A stretch of DNA of 64,000 nucleotides, taken from NCBI GenBank assembly GCA_005880615.1, contig VBID01000115.1:16431-80430 (forward strand), in the 5' to 3' direction. This document shows positions 49,739-59,837 of this stretch, piece by piece. Source of the DNA: Chloroflexota bacterium. Lineage in GTDB: Bacteria > Chloroflexota > Dormibacteria > CF-121. The notes beneath the pieces are model-generated. The model did no database searches. It worked only from the letters and a program-made list of their open reading frames with translations, and was not told where the DNA came from. The stretch's first letter is position 1. Every line of letters starts with the position of its first letter. Made by a program: the position numbers and the translations under genes.

Positions 49739-50266
49739 TCAGTCGCCGCTGTAGAAGGGGTTTTTCAGGTTGTCCCGGTCGGCGACCAGCCGCGCCGCCG
49801 CCTTCGGGTCGCGTCCCTGGACGCAGGTCGCGATCGCCTTCCGCACCGCGTGCCGGTTGGCGACGCGGACCGCGGTCTCATCCTCGGCATCCGGGTCGAC
49901 CCAGACCGCGACAAAGACCAACAGGTCGCCGGTGGCTTCGATCAGCCCGTCCGCCACCGCGTCGAGGACGCCCTGGCCGATCCCAAGCTGCGCGGCGCCC
50001 CAAGTGATCGTCTGGTGCCGGTCACTGGTCGCCGTCGCCTTGTTCATCATCAGGGTCGGCGGCCAGACCGGCTCGTACTGGGCTTCCTCGGGCCCCACGC
50101 AGACGAGTACCGGCGTGTGACCGGGCGCCGGGTGCGCGAACATACCGACCGCCGCCGCGGCGATCGCGCTGCCGCGACGGGCGAGGACGACGTTGACGTG
50201 GCTGCCGTTCGGCTTGACGCCGCCCCAACCCTCGCCGATCCGCCCGTCGAGCTCGTCCGGTATCAC
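49739..50266 (-). CDS. formaldehyde-activating enzyme (Fae)-like protein
   Basis: 175 aa; matches the Fae pattern (HVNVVLARRGS..., TLMMNKATA, GPAQ-like GAAQLGIGQGVLDAVADGLI, C-terminal NPFY). Confidence 0.6.
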   Translation of the reverse strand: MIPDELDGRIGEGWGGVKPNGSHVNVVLARRGSAIAAAAVGMFAHPAPGHTPVLVCVGPEEAQYEPVWPPTLMMNKATATSDRHQTITWGAAQLGIGQGVLDAVADGLIEATGDLLVFVAVWVDPDAEDETAVRVANRHAVRKAIATCVQGRDPKAAARLVADRDNLKNPFYSGD

Positions 50267-52323
50267 GCGGCTGGCTGCTTGGTTCCGGCCACCTGGGCGG
50301 CCTCTTGTGGCTGTGCCTGGAGGCGCCGCAGTTCCTCGATCGGAATGTGGCAGCGCATCAGATGACCTGGCCCGACCTCGACGAGGGGAGGCTCTTTCTC
50401 GTCGCAGATCGCGCCAATTCGCCGGTGGCAGCGGGTGTGGAAGACGCAGCCCGTTGGTGGCGCAGCGGCGCTGGGGATCTCACCGGCGAGCTTGATGCGC
50501 GCCCGCCCGCCGCCATCGATGGTCGGCACCGCCGAAAGCAGGGCCTCGGTATAGGGGTGGTGCGGACCGTCGAAGACGACCTCGGCTGGCCCCATTTCCA
50601 TCAGCCGGCCGAGATAGAGCACGGCGATGCGGTCGGAGATGTAGCGCACGACACCCAGGTCGTGGGAGATGAACAAATAGGCGACCCAGCGCTGGACCTG
50701 AAGGTCGACCAGGAGGTTGAGGATCGCGGCCTGAACCGAGACGTCGAGCGCGGAGGTGGGCTCGTCGCACACGACCAGGCGCGGTTCGCCGGCGAACGCG
50801 CGAGCGATGGCAACCCGCTGCTTGAGGCCGCCGGAGAGCTGGTTCGGCCGAACCGTGAGATAGCGCTCGGCCAGGCGGACCGAGCCGGCGAGCATGAGCA
50901 GCCGCTCCTCGGCCGGGGCTCCCGAGATCCCGGCCAACTTCTTGAGCGATCGGCGGAGGATGCTCCGAACGGCATGGCGGCGGTTCAGCGCCGAGTCGGG
51001 ATTCTGGAAGACGATCTGCAGCTCGCGAACGTCCGCCTGGGTCCGCCTCGAGAGCGTGGGCGGGAGGACATGGGCATCGAGCTCCACCGTGCCTCCGGTG
51101 GGGGCGAAGAGGCCGAGGACGGCCCGGGCAAAGGTCGTCTTGCCGCTGCCGGACTCGCCGACGAGTCCCAGAGTCTCACCCGGCCAGAGCGCCGCGGAGA
51201 CGGCCTCGAGCGCGTGGATCCGGCGCCCATTCTGCTCGAAGGTCTTCGTCAGTTCCTTGACCGCCAGCAGCGGTGCCTTCGAACGGTCGACCAGGATGGG
51301 CTGCCCCAGCTCGGGTGGTGTCGTCCGGGGCAGGTCCTGCGCCCGCTCGTGGAAGTAGCAGCGGCTCGAGTGATCTTCCGTGATTTGATACAGCGGAGGC
51401 TCCGTCGCACGGCAAATGTCCTGAGCCAACCCGCACCGGGGCGCGAAGACGCACGCCCGTAACTCCTCGTCGATCGACGGCAAGAAGCCGGGAATCGTGT
51501 CGAGCCGCCCCCGGTCCTTACGCGCACCGCCTCGCGGGACGCAGCGGAGCAGCCCGACCGTATACGGGTGGCGCGGACCCTTGAGGACCTCGCTGACAGG
51601 GCCTTCTTCGACGAGCCGTCCGGCGTAGAGCACGCCGACCCGTTCGCACATCTTCGCGATCACGCCCAGGTTGTGGGTGATGAACAGCACCGAAGTGCGG
51701 AACTCGGCCTGCAGGTGCTGGATCAGATCGAGAACCTCGGCTTCGACGGTGGCGTCCAGGCTGGTGGTCGGTTCGTCGAGGATCAGCAGCCCCGGATCGT
51801 TGGCAAGCGCCATGGCAATGACGACGCGCTGCTGCATGCCGCCCGACAGCTGGTGCGGATAGCGCGCCATCACCGATCCTGGATCGGCAATCTGAACCTT
51901 GGCCAGCGCCTGCAGCGTCCGTTCCAGGGCCTCCTCGCGCCCGGCGCCACGCACACGGAAGACTTCGGCCACCTGCTCGCCGATACGGATCGATGGATTC
52001 AAGGCTTCCGCGGGATTCTGATACACCATGGACACGTCATTCGTCCGCAAGTGGCGCAGGGCCCGGTTCGACAGGCCCACCACATCGCGGCCGGCAACGC
52101 AAATCGAGCCGCCGCGAATCCGTCCGTTGCTCGCCAGGTACCCGACCACGGCGAGGGCGGTCGTCGACTTGCCGCAGCCGGATTCGCCGACGAGCCCATA
52201 GGTCTCCCCGGCGGCGATGGTGAACGAGACGCCGCGCACGACCTGGCGGTCGCGGCCTCGCACCCGGTAGACGACCTCGAGATCCTTGAGCTCCAGGGTC
52301 GGAGCCGCGCCACGGTCGGTCAT
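50263..52323 (-). CDS. peptide/nickel ABC transporter ATP-binding protein, fused tandem ATPase (DppD-DppF-like)
   Basis: Two complete ABC cassettes (GESGCGKST and GESGSGKTT Walker A; two LSGG signatures), each with the C-terminal oligopeptide-transporter ATPase extension. Confidence 0.9.
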   Translation of the reverse strand: MTDRGAAPTLELKDLEVVYRVRGRDRQVVRGVSFTIAAGETYGLVGESGCGKSTTALAVVGYLASNGRIRGGSICVAGRDVVGLSNRALRHLRTNDVSMVYQNPAEALNPSIRIGEQVAEVFRVRGAGREEALERTLQALAKVQIADPGSVMARYPHQLSGGMQQRVVIAMALANDPGLLILDEPTTSLDATVEAEVLDLIQHLQAEFRTSVLFITHNLGVIAKMCERVGVLYAGRLVEEGPVSEVLKGPRHPYTVGLLRCVPRGGARKDRGRLDTIPGFLPSIDEELRACVFAPRCGLAQDICRATEPPLYQITEDHSSRCYFHERAQDLPRTTPPELGQPILVDRSKAPLLAVKELTKTFEQNGRRIHALEAVSAALWPGETLGLVGESGSGKTTFARAVLGLFAPTGGTVELDAHVLPPTLSRRTQADVRELQIVFQNPDSALNRRHAVRSILRRSLKKLAGISGAPAEERLLMLAGSVRLAERYLTVRPNQLSGGLKQRVAIARAFAGEPRLVVCDEPTSALDVSVQAAILNLLVDLQVQRWVAYLFISHDLGVVRYISDRIAVLYLGRLMEMGPAEVVFDGPHHPYTEALLSAVPTIDGGGRARIKLAGEIPSAAAPPTGCVFHTRCHRRIGAICDEKEPPLVEVGPGHLMRCHIPIEELRRLQAQPQEAAQVAGTKQPAA

Positions 52324-53189
52324 CGCCCAAACACCCGGGCGAGCCCGTCGGCGACGAGGTTAACGGCCACCACGAGCGAGATGATGGCCAGCGCCGGGAA
52401 GAGCACTGTCCACCAGTAGGTGCCGGCGCCCAGGAGCGTGTAGTTGTCGGCGATCTGCAGCGCCCAGTCGGGCGACGGCGGCTGCACGCCGAAGCCGAGG
52501 AAGGTCAGGCCGGCGACCGCGAAGATGGCGTAACCGAGGCGCACCGTCGCTTCGACCACGATCGGCCCGAACACGTTCGGGAGGATCTCGACAAACATCA
52601 CGTAGGGGGCTCGCTCCCCTTGGAGGCGCGACGCCGAGACATAGTCGAGCTGTCGCTCGGCCAGCACGGCGGCCCGGACGGTCCGCGAAACGATCGGCGC
52701 GAAGACCAGGCCGATCACCACGATCACGGTCAGGGTGGAGTGCCCGAGCGCCACCAGCACGGTGACCGCAATCACGATCAGGGGCAGCGACAGAACGGCA
52801 TCGACAATCCGGCTGATCACGTCGTCGGTCAGGCCCCGGAAATAGCCGGTGACCAGGCCGATGGTCGTGCCGCCGACAACCCCGAGCAGCGTGGCTAGCG
52901 GCGCGACGATCAGAATGTCCCGAGCCCCGGCCAGCACCCGCGAGAAGACGTCGCGGCCCAGCTGGTCGGTGCCGAAGGGATAGGCGCGGCTCAGTCCCTG
53001 CAGTTGCGGAAAGGCCTGGGACAGCGGATCGTGGGGCGCGATGCGGTAACCGAAAATCGCACAGAACACCCAGAAGGCGATGATGATGACGCCGGCCATG
53101 AAGGTCTTCGACCGGAGGAGCTGCCGCCGGGTCTCCCGCCGGGCGATCCGTATTTCCGATGGCTGGACGATTGTGGCAACGGTGCTCAT
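52320..53189 (-). CDS. peptide ABC transporter permease (DppC/OppC family)
   Basis: BPD_transp_1 permease with the EAA-like loop. Confidence 0.85.
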   Translation of the reverse strand: MSTVATIVQPSEIRIARRETRRQLLRSKTFMAGVIIIAFWVFCAIFGYRIAPHDPLSQAFPQLQGLSRAYPFGTDQLGRDVFSRVLAGARDILIVAPLATLLGVVGGTTIGLVTGYFRGLTDDVISRIVDAVLSLPLIVIAVTVLVALGHSTLTVIVVIGLVFAPIVSRTVRAAVLAERQLDYVSASRLQGERAPYVMFVEILPNVFGPIVVEATVRLGYAIFAVAGLTFLGFGVQPPSPDWALQIADNYTLLGAGTYWWTVLFPALAIISLVVAVNLVADGLARVFGR

Positions 53190-54136
53190 TCAACACCCGC
53201 GTAGCGGATGCGCGGGTTGAGCAGGGAATAGAGAATGTCGGCGAGCAACGTCGCCGTCAGGTAGACGATTCCCACGACGAGCACGCCGCTCTGCAGCATC
53301 GTGAAGTCCTTGTTCAGCGCCGCGGTGTAGATGCGCTGCCCGATGCCGTTGTAATTGAAGAGCTTCTCAATCACGACCAGGCCGCCAATCAGGTACCCCA
53401 TCTGCGTCGCAATCACCGCGATTGTCGGCAGCAAGGAGTTGCGGAGCACGTGCCGGCGGATCACGGTGGCCGTGTCCAGGCCCTTGAGGAAGGCCGTCCG
53501 GGTGTAATCCGACTCGAGGGCCTCGATCGTGCCGGCTCGAGCCATCCGGGCGATGTAGCCGAACAGGACCATCACCAGCGCCAGTCCCGGCAGGATGAGG
53601 TACCGGATCTGGGTGACGGCGTCGGCGTCGGCCGGGGAGGCCGCCGTGACCGGCAACCAGTTCAACAGCAGGCCGAAGATCAGGATCAGCACGATGGCCG
53701 AGATGAACTCGGGCACCGCCGTCAGCGACAGCCCCGTGAGTGTAATCAAGCGGTCCAGCCAGTGGCCCCGGCGAAGCGCGGCGAACACGCCGCCGACGAT
53801 GCTCAGCGGCACCACGAGCACAAAGGCGACGGCGGCCAGCTTCAAGGAATTGACGAGCGAGGGGCCGAGGAGGCTCGCCACCGGAACTTTGTACTCGAGC
53901 GACATGCCGAGATTGCCGTGGGCGAGTTTCCCGATCCAGGCACCGTACTGAACGTAGATCGGCCGGTCCACGCCCAGTTGGTGGTCGAGCGCCTTGACGT
54001 CGTTGGGACTGGCGAACGGCCCGAGCACGTTGCGACCGATGTCGCCCGGCAGCAGCTGCGAGGCGGCAAAGACGAGCACGCTAAGCACGAACAGCGTGAT
54101 GAGCGCGAGAGCGAATCGCTTCAGCAGGAAACGGGC
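53186..54136 (-). CDS. peptide ABC transporter permease (DppB/OppB family); start extended upstream of the ORF-track GTG
   Basis: The first TM helix (ARFLLKRFALALITLFVLSVLVFAA) is in frame upstream of the GTG at 54088. GGAGGAGG RBS at ~54143-54150. Only ATC (54136) or CTG (54124) are available as initiators. Confidence 0.75.
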   Translation of the reverse strand, partial: ARFLLKRFALALITLFVLSVLVFAASQLLPGDIGRNVLGPFASPNDVKALDHQLGVDRPIYVQYGAWIGKLAHGNLGMSLEYKVPVASLLGPSLVNSLKLAAVAFVLVVPLSIVGGVFAALRRGHWLDRLITLTGLSLTAVPEFISAIVLILIFGLLLNWLPVTAASPADADAVTQIRYLILPGLALVMVLFGYIARMARAGTIEALESDYTRTAFLKGLDTATVIRRHVLRNSLLPTIAVIATQMGYLIGGLVVIEKLFNYNGIGQRIYTAALNKDFTMLQSGVLVVGIVYLTATLLADILYSLLNPRIRYAGVE

Positions 54137-54181
54137 GATGACAAACCTCCTCCCGACCGGTCGGGTGTCGGAAGGTATCGA

Positions 54182-55876
54182 TTAGGCGAGCGACGTTTGG
54201 CTGAGGAACACCGTGCCCTGTGGGTCGGCATAGTAACCCTTGACTGACTGCGAGCCCGCGGCGAGGTAGTTGTAGAAGTAGGGGAAGATCACCGGTGTGT
54301 CCTGCAGCAGGATGGTTTCGGCCTGCTTCGCGTACTTCCGCTGGTCGTCGATCGAGATCGCGCCGATGAACGCTTTGGCGGCCGCATCGAACTGCGGGTT
54401 CGAATAGTGCGCGGCGTTCCAGACGCCGTTGGTTTGCAGCGCCGACGTGAGAAACACATTGGGAACCGACCGATGACCCCAGTCGGTGATGTTGATCGGG
54501 GCGTTCAGCCACGGGGTATCGCCCCAACCCGACGGCGGGCCCAGCTGCGAGCCGGCGAAGTAGGCGGTCGAGGTCAGGATGGAGAGCTTCATGTCGATGT
54601 TGATGGCCTTCACAGACTGCTGAATGATCTGCGCCAGCTGAGGGATCTCACCCGTGTCCTCCGTCGTCAGCGTGATCGAGAACCCGTTGCTGAACCCGGC
54701 GGCGGCCATCAACTGCTTGGCCTTGGTCAGGTCCTGCTGCCGCTGGGGCACGTCCGGCGCGCCGACAGTCGACGGGTAGACCGGCCCCCACGGCGTGTCA
54801 TTGCCGACATCGGCGTACTTGCTGAACAACTTGTCGACGATCGCGGGACGGTCCAGCGTCAGCGCGATCGCCTGCCGAACCTGGGGATCCTTCAGCGGGT
54901 TGGCGAGATCCACCCGCATCGGCACCTGGCGGTGGGTGGCGCCGCGACCGCCGAAGATCTGGATCTTCGAATTGTTGAAGAGGGCGCGGTCGGTCGCGAG
55001 CTGGATCTGCCCGATGAGGTCAATCGTGGCGCCAAGCAGGGCCGCGTCGACAGCGGCGGCGTCCTGGTAGTAGGTCACGTCCACCCCGTCGAGCGGCGGG
55101 CGGCCGCCCCACCAGTCGGTGTAGCGCTCGTACTTGGCCCCCACGCCTGGCGTGTACGAGGTCAGCTTGAAGGCACCGGTTGTCTGCGGCTTCGAGGTGA
55201 ACGTCCCGAGCTGATAGTTGGCGGGCAGCATGATGCTCTGGTAGGTCGTGGAGCTGAGCAGGTAGGGGAAGCTCGCCGTCGGATTGTCGAGCTGGAACTT
55301 CAGCGTAAGGTCGTCGACCTTCGTGGTCCCGCCCGGCGAGAGGACCCCCTTGAACGCCGACAGTGCCTGCGAACCCGAGTTCGGGCTGACCAGGCGCTCG
55401 TAGGTCGCCACGATGTCGGTGGCCGTCAGTACCTGACCGGTCTGGAACTTGACGTTCGGCCGCAGCTTGATGGTCCAGACCGACGCGTCCCCGTTCGGTG
55501 TCCAGCTGGTCGCCAGCTCTGGAACGAGCTTGAGGTTGGCCGCGCTGCGGATCAGGTGCTCACCGGCGATGCTTCCGGTCTCGAGCGCCCCCTGGTCGGC
55601 GAATGTATGTGGTTCGATGTCGTGCGCCGGGGGCGGAATGATCCCCACGCGGAGACGCCCGCCGACCTTTGGCCCCGAAGTAGAGGTCGGCGACGACGCG
55701 CAGCCCGCCGCGACCAGCGCAGTGCCGATCGCGGACGTGGACAACCCGAAGACCGTCGCCCGGCGAATGAACTCCCGCCGGTCTACCCTACGGTCGAGGA
55801 GCTCGTCGATGAGTGTCCTTTCAATGGGACCGCTCTGCCGGTACCCATCCAGGCGCCTACGTATCTCCCTATCCAT
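54182..55876 (-). CDS. ABC transporter substrate-binding protein, family 5 (DppA/OppA/NikA-like), Tat-type signal
   Basis: RREFIRRATVFGLSTSAIGTALVAAGC (twin-arginine signal plus lipobox-like Cys); 564 aa SBP_bac_5 architecture. Confidence 0.9.
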   Translation of the reverse strand: MDREIRRRLDGYRQSGPIERTLIDELLDRRVDRREFIRRATVFGLSTSAIGTALVAAGCASSPTSTSGPKVGGRLRVGIIPPPAHDIEPHTFADQGALETGSIAGEHLIRSAANLKLVPELATSWTPNGDASVWTIKLRPNVKFQTGQVLTATDIVATYERLVSPNSGSQALSAFKGVLSPGGTTKVDDLTLKFQLDNPTASFPYLLSSTTYQSIMLPANYQLGTFTSKPQTTGAFKLTSYTPGVGAKYERYTDWWGGRPPLDGVDVTYYQDAAAVDAALLGATIDLIGQIQLATDRALFNNSKIQIFGGRGATHRQVPMRVDLANPLKDPQVRQAIALTLDRPAIVDKLFSKYADVGNDTPWGPVYPSTVGAPDVPQRQQDLTKAKQLMAAAGFSNGFSITLTTEDTGEIPQLAQIIQQSVKAINIDMKLSILTSTAYFAGSQLGPPSGWGDTPWLNAPINITDWGHRSVPNVFLTSALQTNGVWNAAHYSNPQFDAAAKAFIGAISIDDQRKYAKQAETILLQDTPVIFPYFYNYLAAGSQSVKGYYADPQGTVFLSQTSLA

Positions 55877-56770
55877 AGTTGGCTACGACCTCCTCAGTCC
55901 TCTCCCCTCCTACAGGAGATCTGACTCAGGAGATGCTGACACTCGAGTCGCCATGTGTCAATGCCGAATATGCTCCTGAGGCCGATCCCGGGCGCCTCGC
56001 AAACCGACGGCGGGCCCGCCGTCGGACTGGGCCGGCCAGCTGCCCCAGGCCGCCCCCCAGCCCGAGCCCGGCGCATGGCGGCCCGTGCCGACCAGCTCTG
56101 AAGCCATTCCGGCTTCGTTGAATCGGACGTCGCCAGGGCGAGGCCCGCCGGCACCATCACCTTCATGCCCTGCTAGCCGGAGCGCGTGGTCACCGCGGGC
56201 GCCGGTCTACCGGCCTGCCTTCGATCACCCCGAGGCCGCGGGCTCAACCATCAGCTATCTCTGCGTCCACCTGTGATCGTCCACCACCAAGGCAGCCGTG
56301 CTCCAGGCAGAGCCGGAACCGGCGGGAATCGTACGGGTCGGCGGATCGATGCCGATCGCCCACGCGGCCGAAAAAGGTCTGCCCGGGGGCGCCCTCCTGG
56401 ACGACGATCTCGTGGCCGAGCTCGCGTAGCCGCTCCCGCACCGGTGGCCGCCGCGGCGAGTCGCGCAAGTTACCGCAGCCGGTCGGTAATGCGTTGATGC
56501 AGCGCGACCTCTTCGGCCTGGAGCCGCGCCAGCCGGGAATGTGCTTCATGGCGGGCTCGGAGCCGCCTCGCGTTCTGGACTGATGGACGGACAAAGAGGT
56601 GAGCCATCAGGAGAGGGGATATCGCTAGCACAGACAGGGCGATAGATACCACTCTCCCAATCTATCGTGGGCGTACGGTTCCAGCGTGACGCAGCAGTCA
56701 CAATCCGGAAACCAACTCGACCCCTTACGAATCGGCTTTCTGAACTGGACGCGACGGTAGGCGGTTTTCC

Positions 56771-57607
56771 TCAACCGGCGGCCGACTCCTCGCCGCGCGG
56801 AGCGGAGGCCAACCACGCCGTGTGCGCGCTGGCTACCACCTCAGACTTTCGCCGGATGTCGTCGTAATCCGAATCGCCGACCGGGACGAAGCGCTCGATC
56901 AGTCCCTCGGCCAGCCGCTCGCGAGCGCCGTCCTCGCCGTTGAGGCCGCACAGGGCCTCGCGAATGGCGGTCTGGACGTCGGCCGGCAGTTTGCTGGAGA
57001 CCACCACCGGGGGGATGGTCGATGGCCCCAGCACCTGGATCACCCGAATCTCGGACGCCAGTGCTGGGCGGCGCTTCAATTCGACGCCCAGGACGTGGGA
57101 ATCGATGGCCGAGGCATCGACCTTGCCGGCCAGCACCGCCTGCATCGACGCCAGGTGCGAACCGGAGTACATCACCCGCCCGAAGAACCGCTCGGTCTCC
57201 CCCAGCTGGAGGAGGTGGTAGCGGGTCAGGACACAGCCGGAAAACGACGTCGGTTGCGTATGCGCCCAGACACGATCACGCAGGTCCGGGAACTTGGCGA
57301 CCGGCCCGTTCCGCCGGACGATCACGTCCGAGAAGTAGATCGGCCGGCCATCGTACCGATGCTGGTTGACGACGGGGGCGGCGATGGCGCGGATCGGCGG
57401 GTCCGGACGCGCGGCCAGCCGCACGTAGGGCAGCCCGCAGAGGAAGGCAACGTCAACATGACCGCCCACCAGCGCCTCCTCGTCGGCCGTGTTCGCCAGC
57501 ACCCCGCCACGGCCCAGCAGCGTCCCCACCCGCTCGGCCACGTAGGCGTAGGCCGGCGTCATGTTGGGCGCCAGGAAGTTGGCGAAGACGAGCGCCGGAG
57601 GGGTCAC
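56771..57607 (-). CDS. PhnD/SsuA-like (phosphonate/phosphite-binding fold) protein without obvious signal peptide
   Basis: Periplasmic-binding-protein type-2 pattern. Start ambiguous (GTG 57607 or ATG 57559). The 5' 100 codons of ORF 56771..57922 are MITE copy D sequence, not coding. Confidence 0.5.
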   Translation of the reverse strand: MTPPALVFANFLAPNMTPAYAYVAERVGTLLGRGGVLANTADEEALVGGHVDVAFLCGLPYVRLAARPDPPIRAIAAPVVNQHRYDGRPIYFSDVIVRRNGPVAKFPDLRDRVWAHTQPTSFSGCVLTRYHLLQLGETERFFGRVMYSGSHLASMQAVLAGKVDASAIDSHVLGVELKRRPALASEIRVIQVLGPSTIPPVVVSSKLPADVQTAIREALCGLNGEDGARERLAEGLIERFVPVGDSDYDDIRRKSEVVASAHTAWLASAPRGEESAAG

Positions 57608-57643
57608 GACTTCGCGGAGTATCGCAGATTGGATACCCCATCC

Positions 57644-58005
57644 AAGCCCGGATCCACCGATCGGACGATGCAGCTTGGGATGCCCGGCGAGATGAGCGGT
57701 AGGAGGCGACGAGCACGCGAAGGAGCGCACCTGAATGGTGCGTGACTGAGCGCGCGCAGGAGACGACACCCGGAGCCCGGGGCCGTCGGACGAACGAAGC
57801 AGATTGGGAGGCGGGGCGTGCCGAGCCGCAGGAGGCGACGAGCACGCGAGGGAGCGCATCCGTCGATGCGTGGCCGAGCGCGCGCAGGAGACGACGACCG
57901 GATCGGCCGCAGCCGCGCCCAAGATGCGAGTTTGTTCCGGCGGCCTCGGGCTCAGCTCGCCCGGCGCCCAAGATGCAAGTTCGATTCGGTGGATCCGGGC
58001 TTAGG
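57644..58005. mobile_element. MITE-like element, copy D (two internal tandem units; best-preserved TIRs)
   Basis: Left AAGCCCGGATCCACCGATCGGACGA; right (reverse complement) AAGCCCGGATCCACCGAATCGAACT; internal hairpins GCACC-TGAAT-GGTGC and GCATC-CGTC-GATGC. Confidence 0.8.
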
Positions 58006-58181
58006 CCGCTTGGCGTGAAAATCCTTGCAAAAACACAACGGACCGTGGGATACTTCGGCACACCATCGACGCCAGTACGACAAACGACTGGGGCACGGCG
58101 ACCGGACCGATCATCGAGAATCCGCTCCACGGCGAGCGCGTCAGGTTCCTCAAGACGGTTCCGGAAACGGATGGTGAGCTG

Positions 58182-58652
58182 TTGCAGTACGAGTCCTGGC
58201 TTGCCCCGCAGGGCAGTGTGGGCGTCCCCCACGTCCATCCCGTCCAGGAGTCCCGGTTCCTCATTCTGGCTGGGCGTGCCAGCTTCATGGTGGACGGGCA
58301 CAGTCTCGAACTCGGACCTGGCGAGACCCTGACGGTCGGACCGCGCACCCCTCACTACCTCTGGAATGCGGCCGACACGGAAGCCCACCTGATCATCGAG
58401 TTTCGCCCCGGGCTGCTCAAGCAGGAGTACTTCGAGACTTCGTTCGGCCTGGCCCGCGACGGCCGGCTCAACCTGATTGGGATCCGGAACCTGTTGCAGT
58501 ACGCGGTGCTGACCGCCGCCTACCGCCATGAGAGCCGTCCGCTGAACCAGTCGCGCTGGGCCCATGCGGCTCTCGTCGGCCTGGCCCCGTTAGGCTGGCT
58601 GCTCGGGTACCGGGCCCACTACGCCCGCTACTGCACGCGCTCCGCCGACTGA
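58182..58652 (+). CDS. cupin-domain protein
   Basis: Cupin motif 1 G(x)5HxH(x)3E (GSVGVPHVHPVQESRFLILAG) and motif 2 (GETLTVGPRTPH). The frame is open back to ~58005 (ENPLHGERVRFLKTVPETDGE...) with no canonical start upstream of the TTG at 58182. Confidence 0.65.
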   Translation: MQYESWLAPQGSVGVPHVHPVQESRFLILAGRASFMVDGHSLELGPGETLTVGPRTPHYLWNAADTEAHLIIEFRPGLLKQEYFETSFGLARDGRLNLIGIRNLLQYAVLTAAYRHESRPLNQSRWAHAALVGLAPLGWLLGYRAHYARYCTRSAD

Positions 58653-58673
58653 CCGACCCACTACAGTAACCGG

Positions 58674-59837
58674 GTGTCAGAGGCTCGCCAGGACCTCGTC
58701 ATTGTCGGCAGCGGGATCATGGGCCTGTTTACGGCGTACTACGCGTCCCGTGCCGGGTCGACCGTCACCATCCTGGAGCGCTCCCGCATCGGCGATCCGC
58801 AAACGGCCTCCTTCTGCCTGACGCGTTCTATCCGCAGTGACTACCTCGACCCGCTATACGCCCGGCTCGCCTACGCCGCCCGCCAGCTGTGGCTCGACCT
58901 GCAGGCGGAGTCCGGCGAGCAGCTCGTGGTCAACTGCGGCTGCCTGAACCTGGCCAGGGAACGCGTGACCCCCGACCTGGGCCGGACCTACGCCGTGCAG
59001 AGCTTCCAAATCCTCAAAAGCCTCGGACTCAAAGCCGAGGCGTTCGACCGGGACGGCCTCCAGCGGCGGTTTCCCCAGTTCGACGCGGACCTGGGCCGGA
59101 TGGACGTAGAGGCCGGCTACCTGTTGGTCCCGGCCATCACCCGCACTCTTCGTTCCGCCCTCGGCAAGCAGAAGGTCACCATCGTGGAGGGGGTCATGGT
59201 AGAGGCCATCGCCGAGCGCGACGGTCGCGTCCGGATCGCCACCAGCCAGGGCGAGTGGGACGCCGGGTCGACGGTCCTGACGGCGGGACTGGGGACCAAC
59301 GACTTGCTGGCTCGGGTGGACGGCTGCCAGCTCGAGTTCCCCCTCCGACCGGACCGGCCCAGCCAGACCAAGTACTTGATTCCTCCGCCGGAGCAGCGGT
59401 CGCTCTTCACCGCTCCGGCTCTGCCGGTGTTCGCCTACCTGGACATCGGCGTCTACGGGCACCCCATGGTCCCCGGCGTGACGCCGGGCGTGAAGATCGG
59501 GTATTACAACCCGCCCGACGTGCGGAAGGCCGAAACGTTCATCCGCGACATCCGGGGCTTCATCGACGAGTGCATGCCATCACTGCGCGACGCGGAGGCC
59601 GTGGATGTGAAGGACGTCGACCAGTGTTCGTATGATCTGGTGGCGGATGATCACTTCATTTTGGGGGCCTTGCCCGGCTTCTCACGCATCCTGGTCGGGG
59701 TCGGCTGGCGCGGCACCGGGTATAAGTTCGGCCCGCTGGTGGGGCGCACCCTGATGCAGCTCGCGCTGGACGGCCGAACCGACTATGAGCTGGACGGGTT
59801 CTCCCCGGCTCGCTTTGTGAGCGCGCATGCCAGTTAA
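58674..59837 (+). CDS. FAD-dependent oxidase, monomeric sarcosine oxidase/N-methyltryptophan oxidase-like (DAO family)
   Basis: DLVIVGSGIMGLFTAYYASRAGSTVTILER dinucleotide-binding motif; C-terminal GWRGTGYKFGPLVG. GTG start; 11-nt overlap with the downstream methyltransferase gene. Confidence 0.75.
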   Translation: MSEARQDLVIVGSGIMGLFTAYYASRAGSTVTILERSRIGDPQTASFCLTRSIRSDYLDPLYARLAYAARQLWLDLQAESGEQLVVNCGCLNLARERVTPDLGRTYAVQSFQILKSLGLKAEAFDRDGLQRRFPQFDADLGRMDVEAGYLLVPAITRTLRSALGKQKVTIVEGVMVEAIAERDGRVRIATSQGEWDAGSTVLTAGLGTNDLLARVDGCQLEFPLRPDRPSQTKYLIPPPEQRSLFTAPALPVFAYLDIGVYGHPMVPGVTPGVKIGYYNPPDVRKAETFIRDIRGFIDECMPSLRDAEAVDVKDVDQCSYDLVADDHFILGALPGFSRILVGVGWRGTGYKFGPLVGRTLMQLALDGRTDYELDGFSPARFVSAHAS

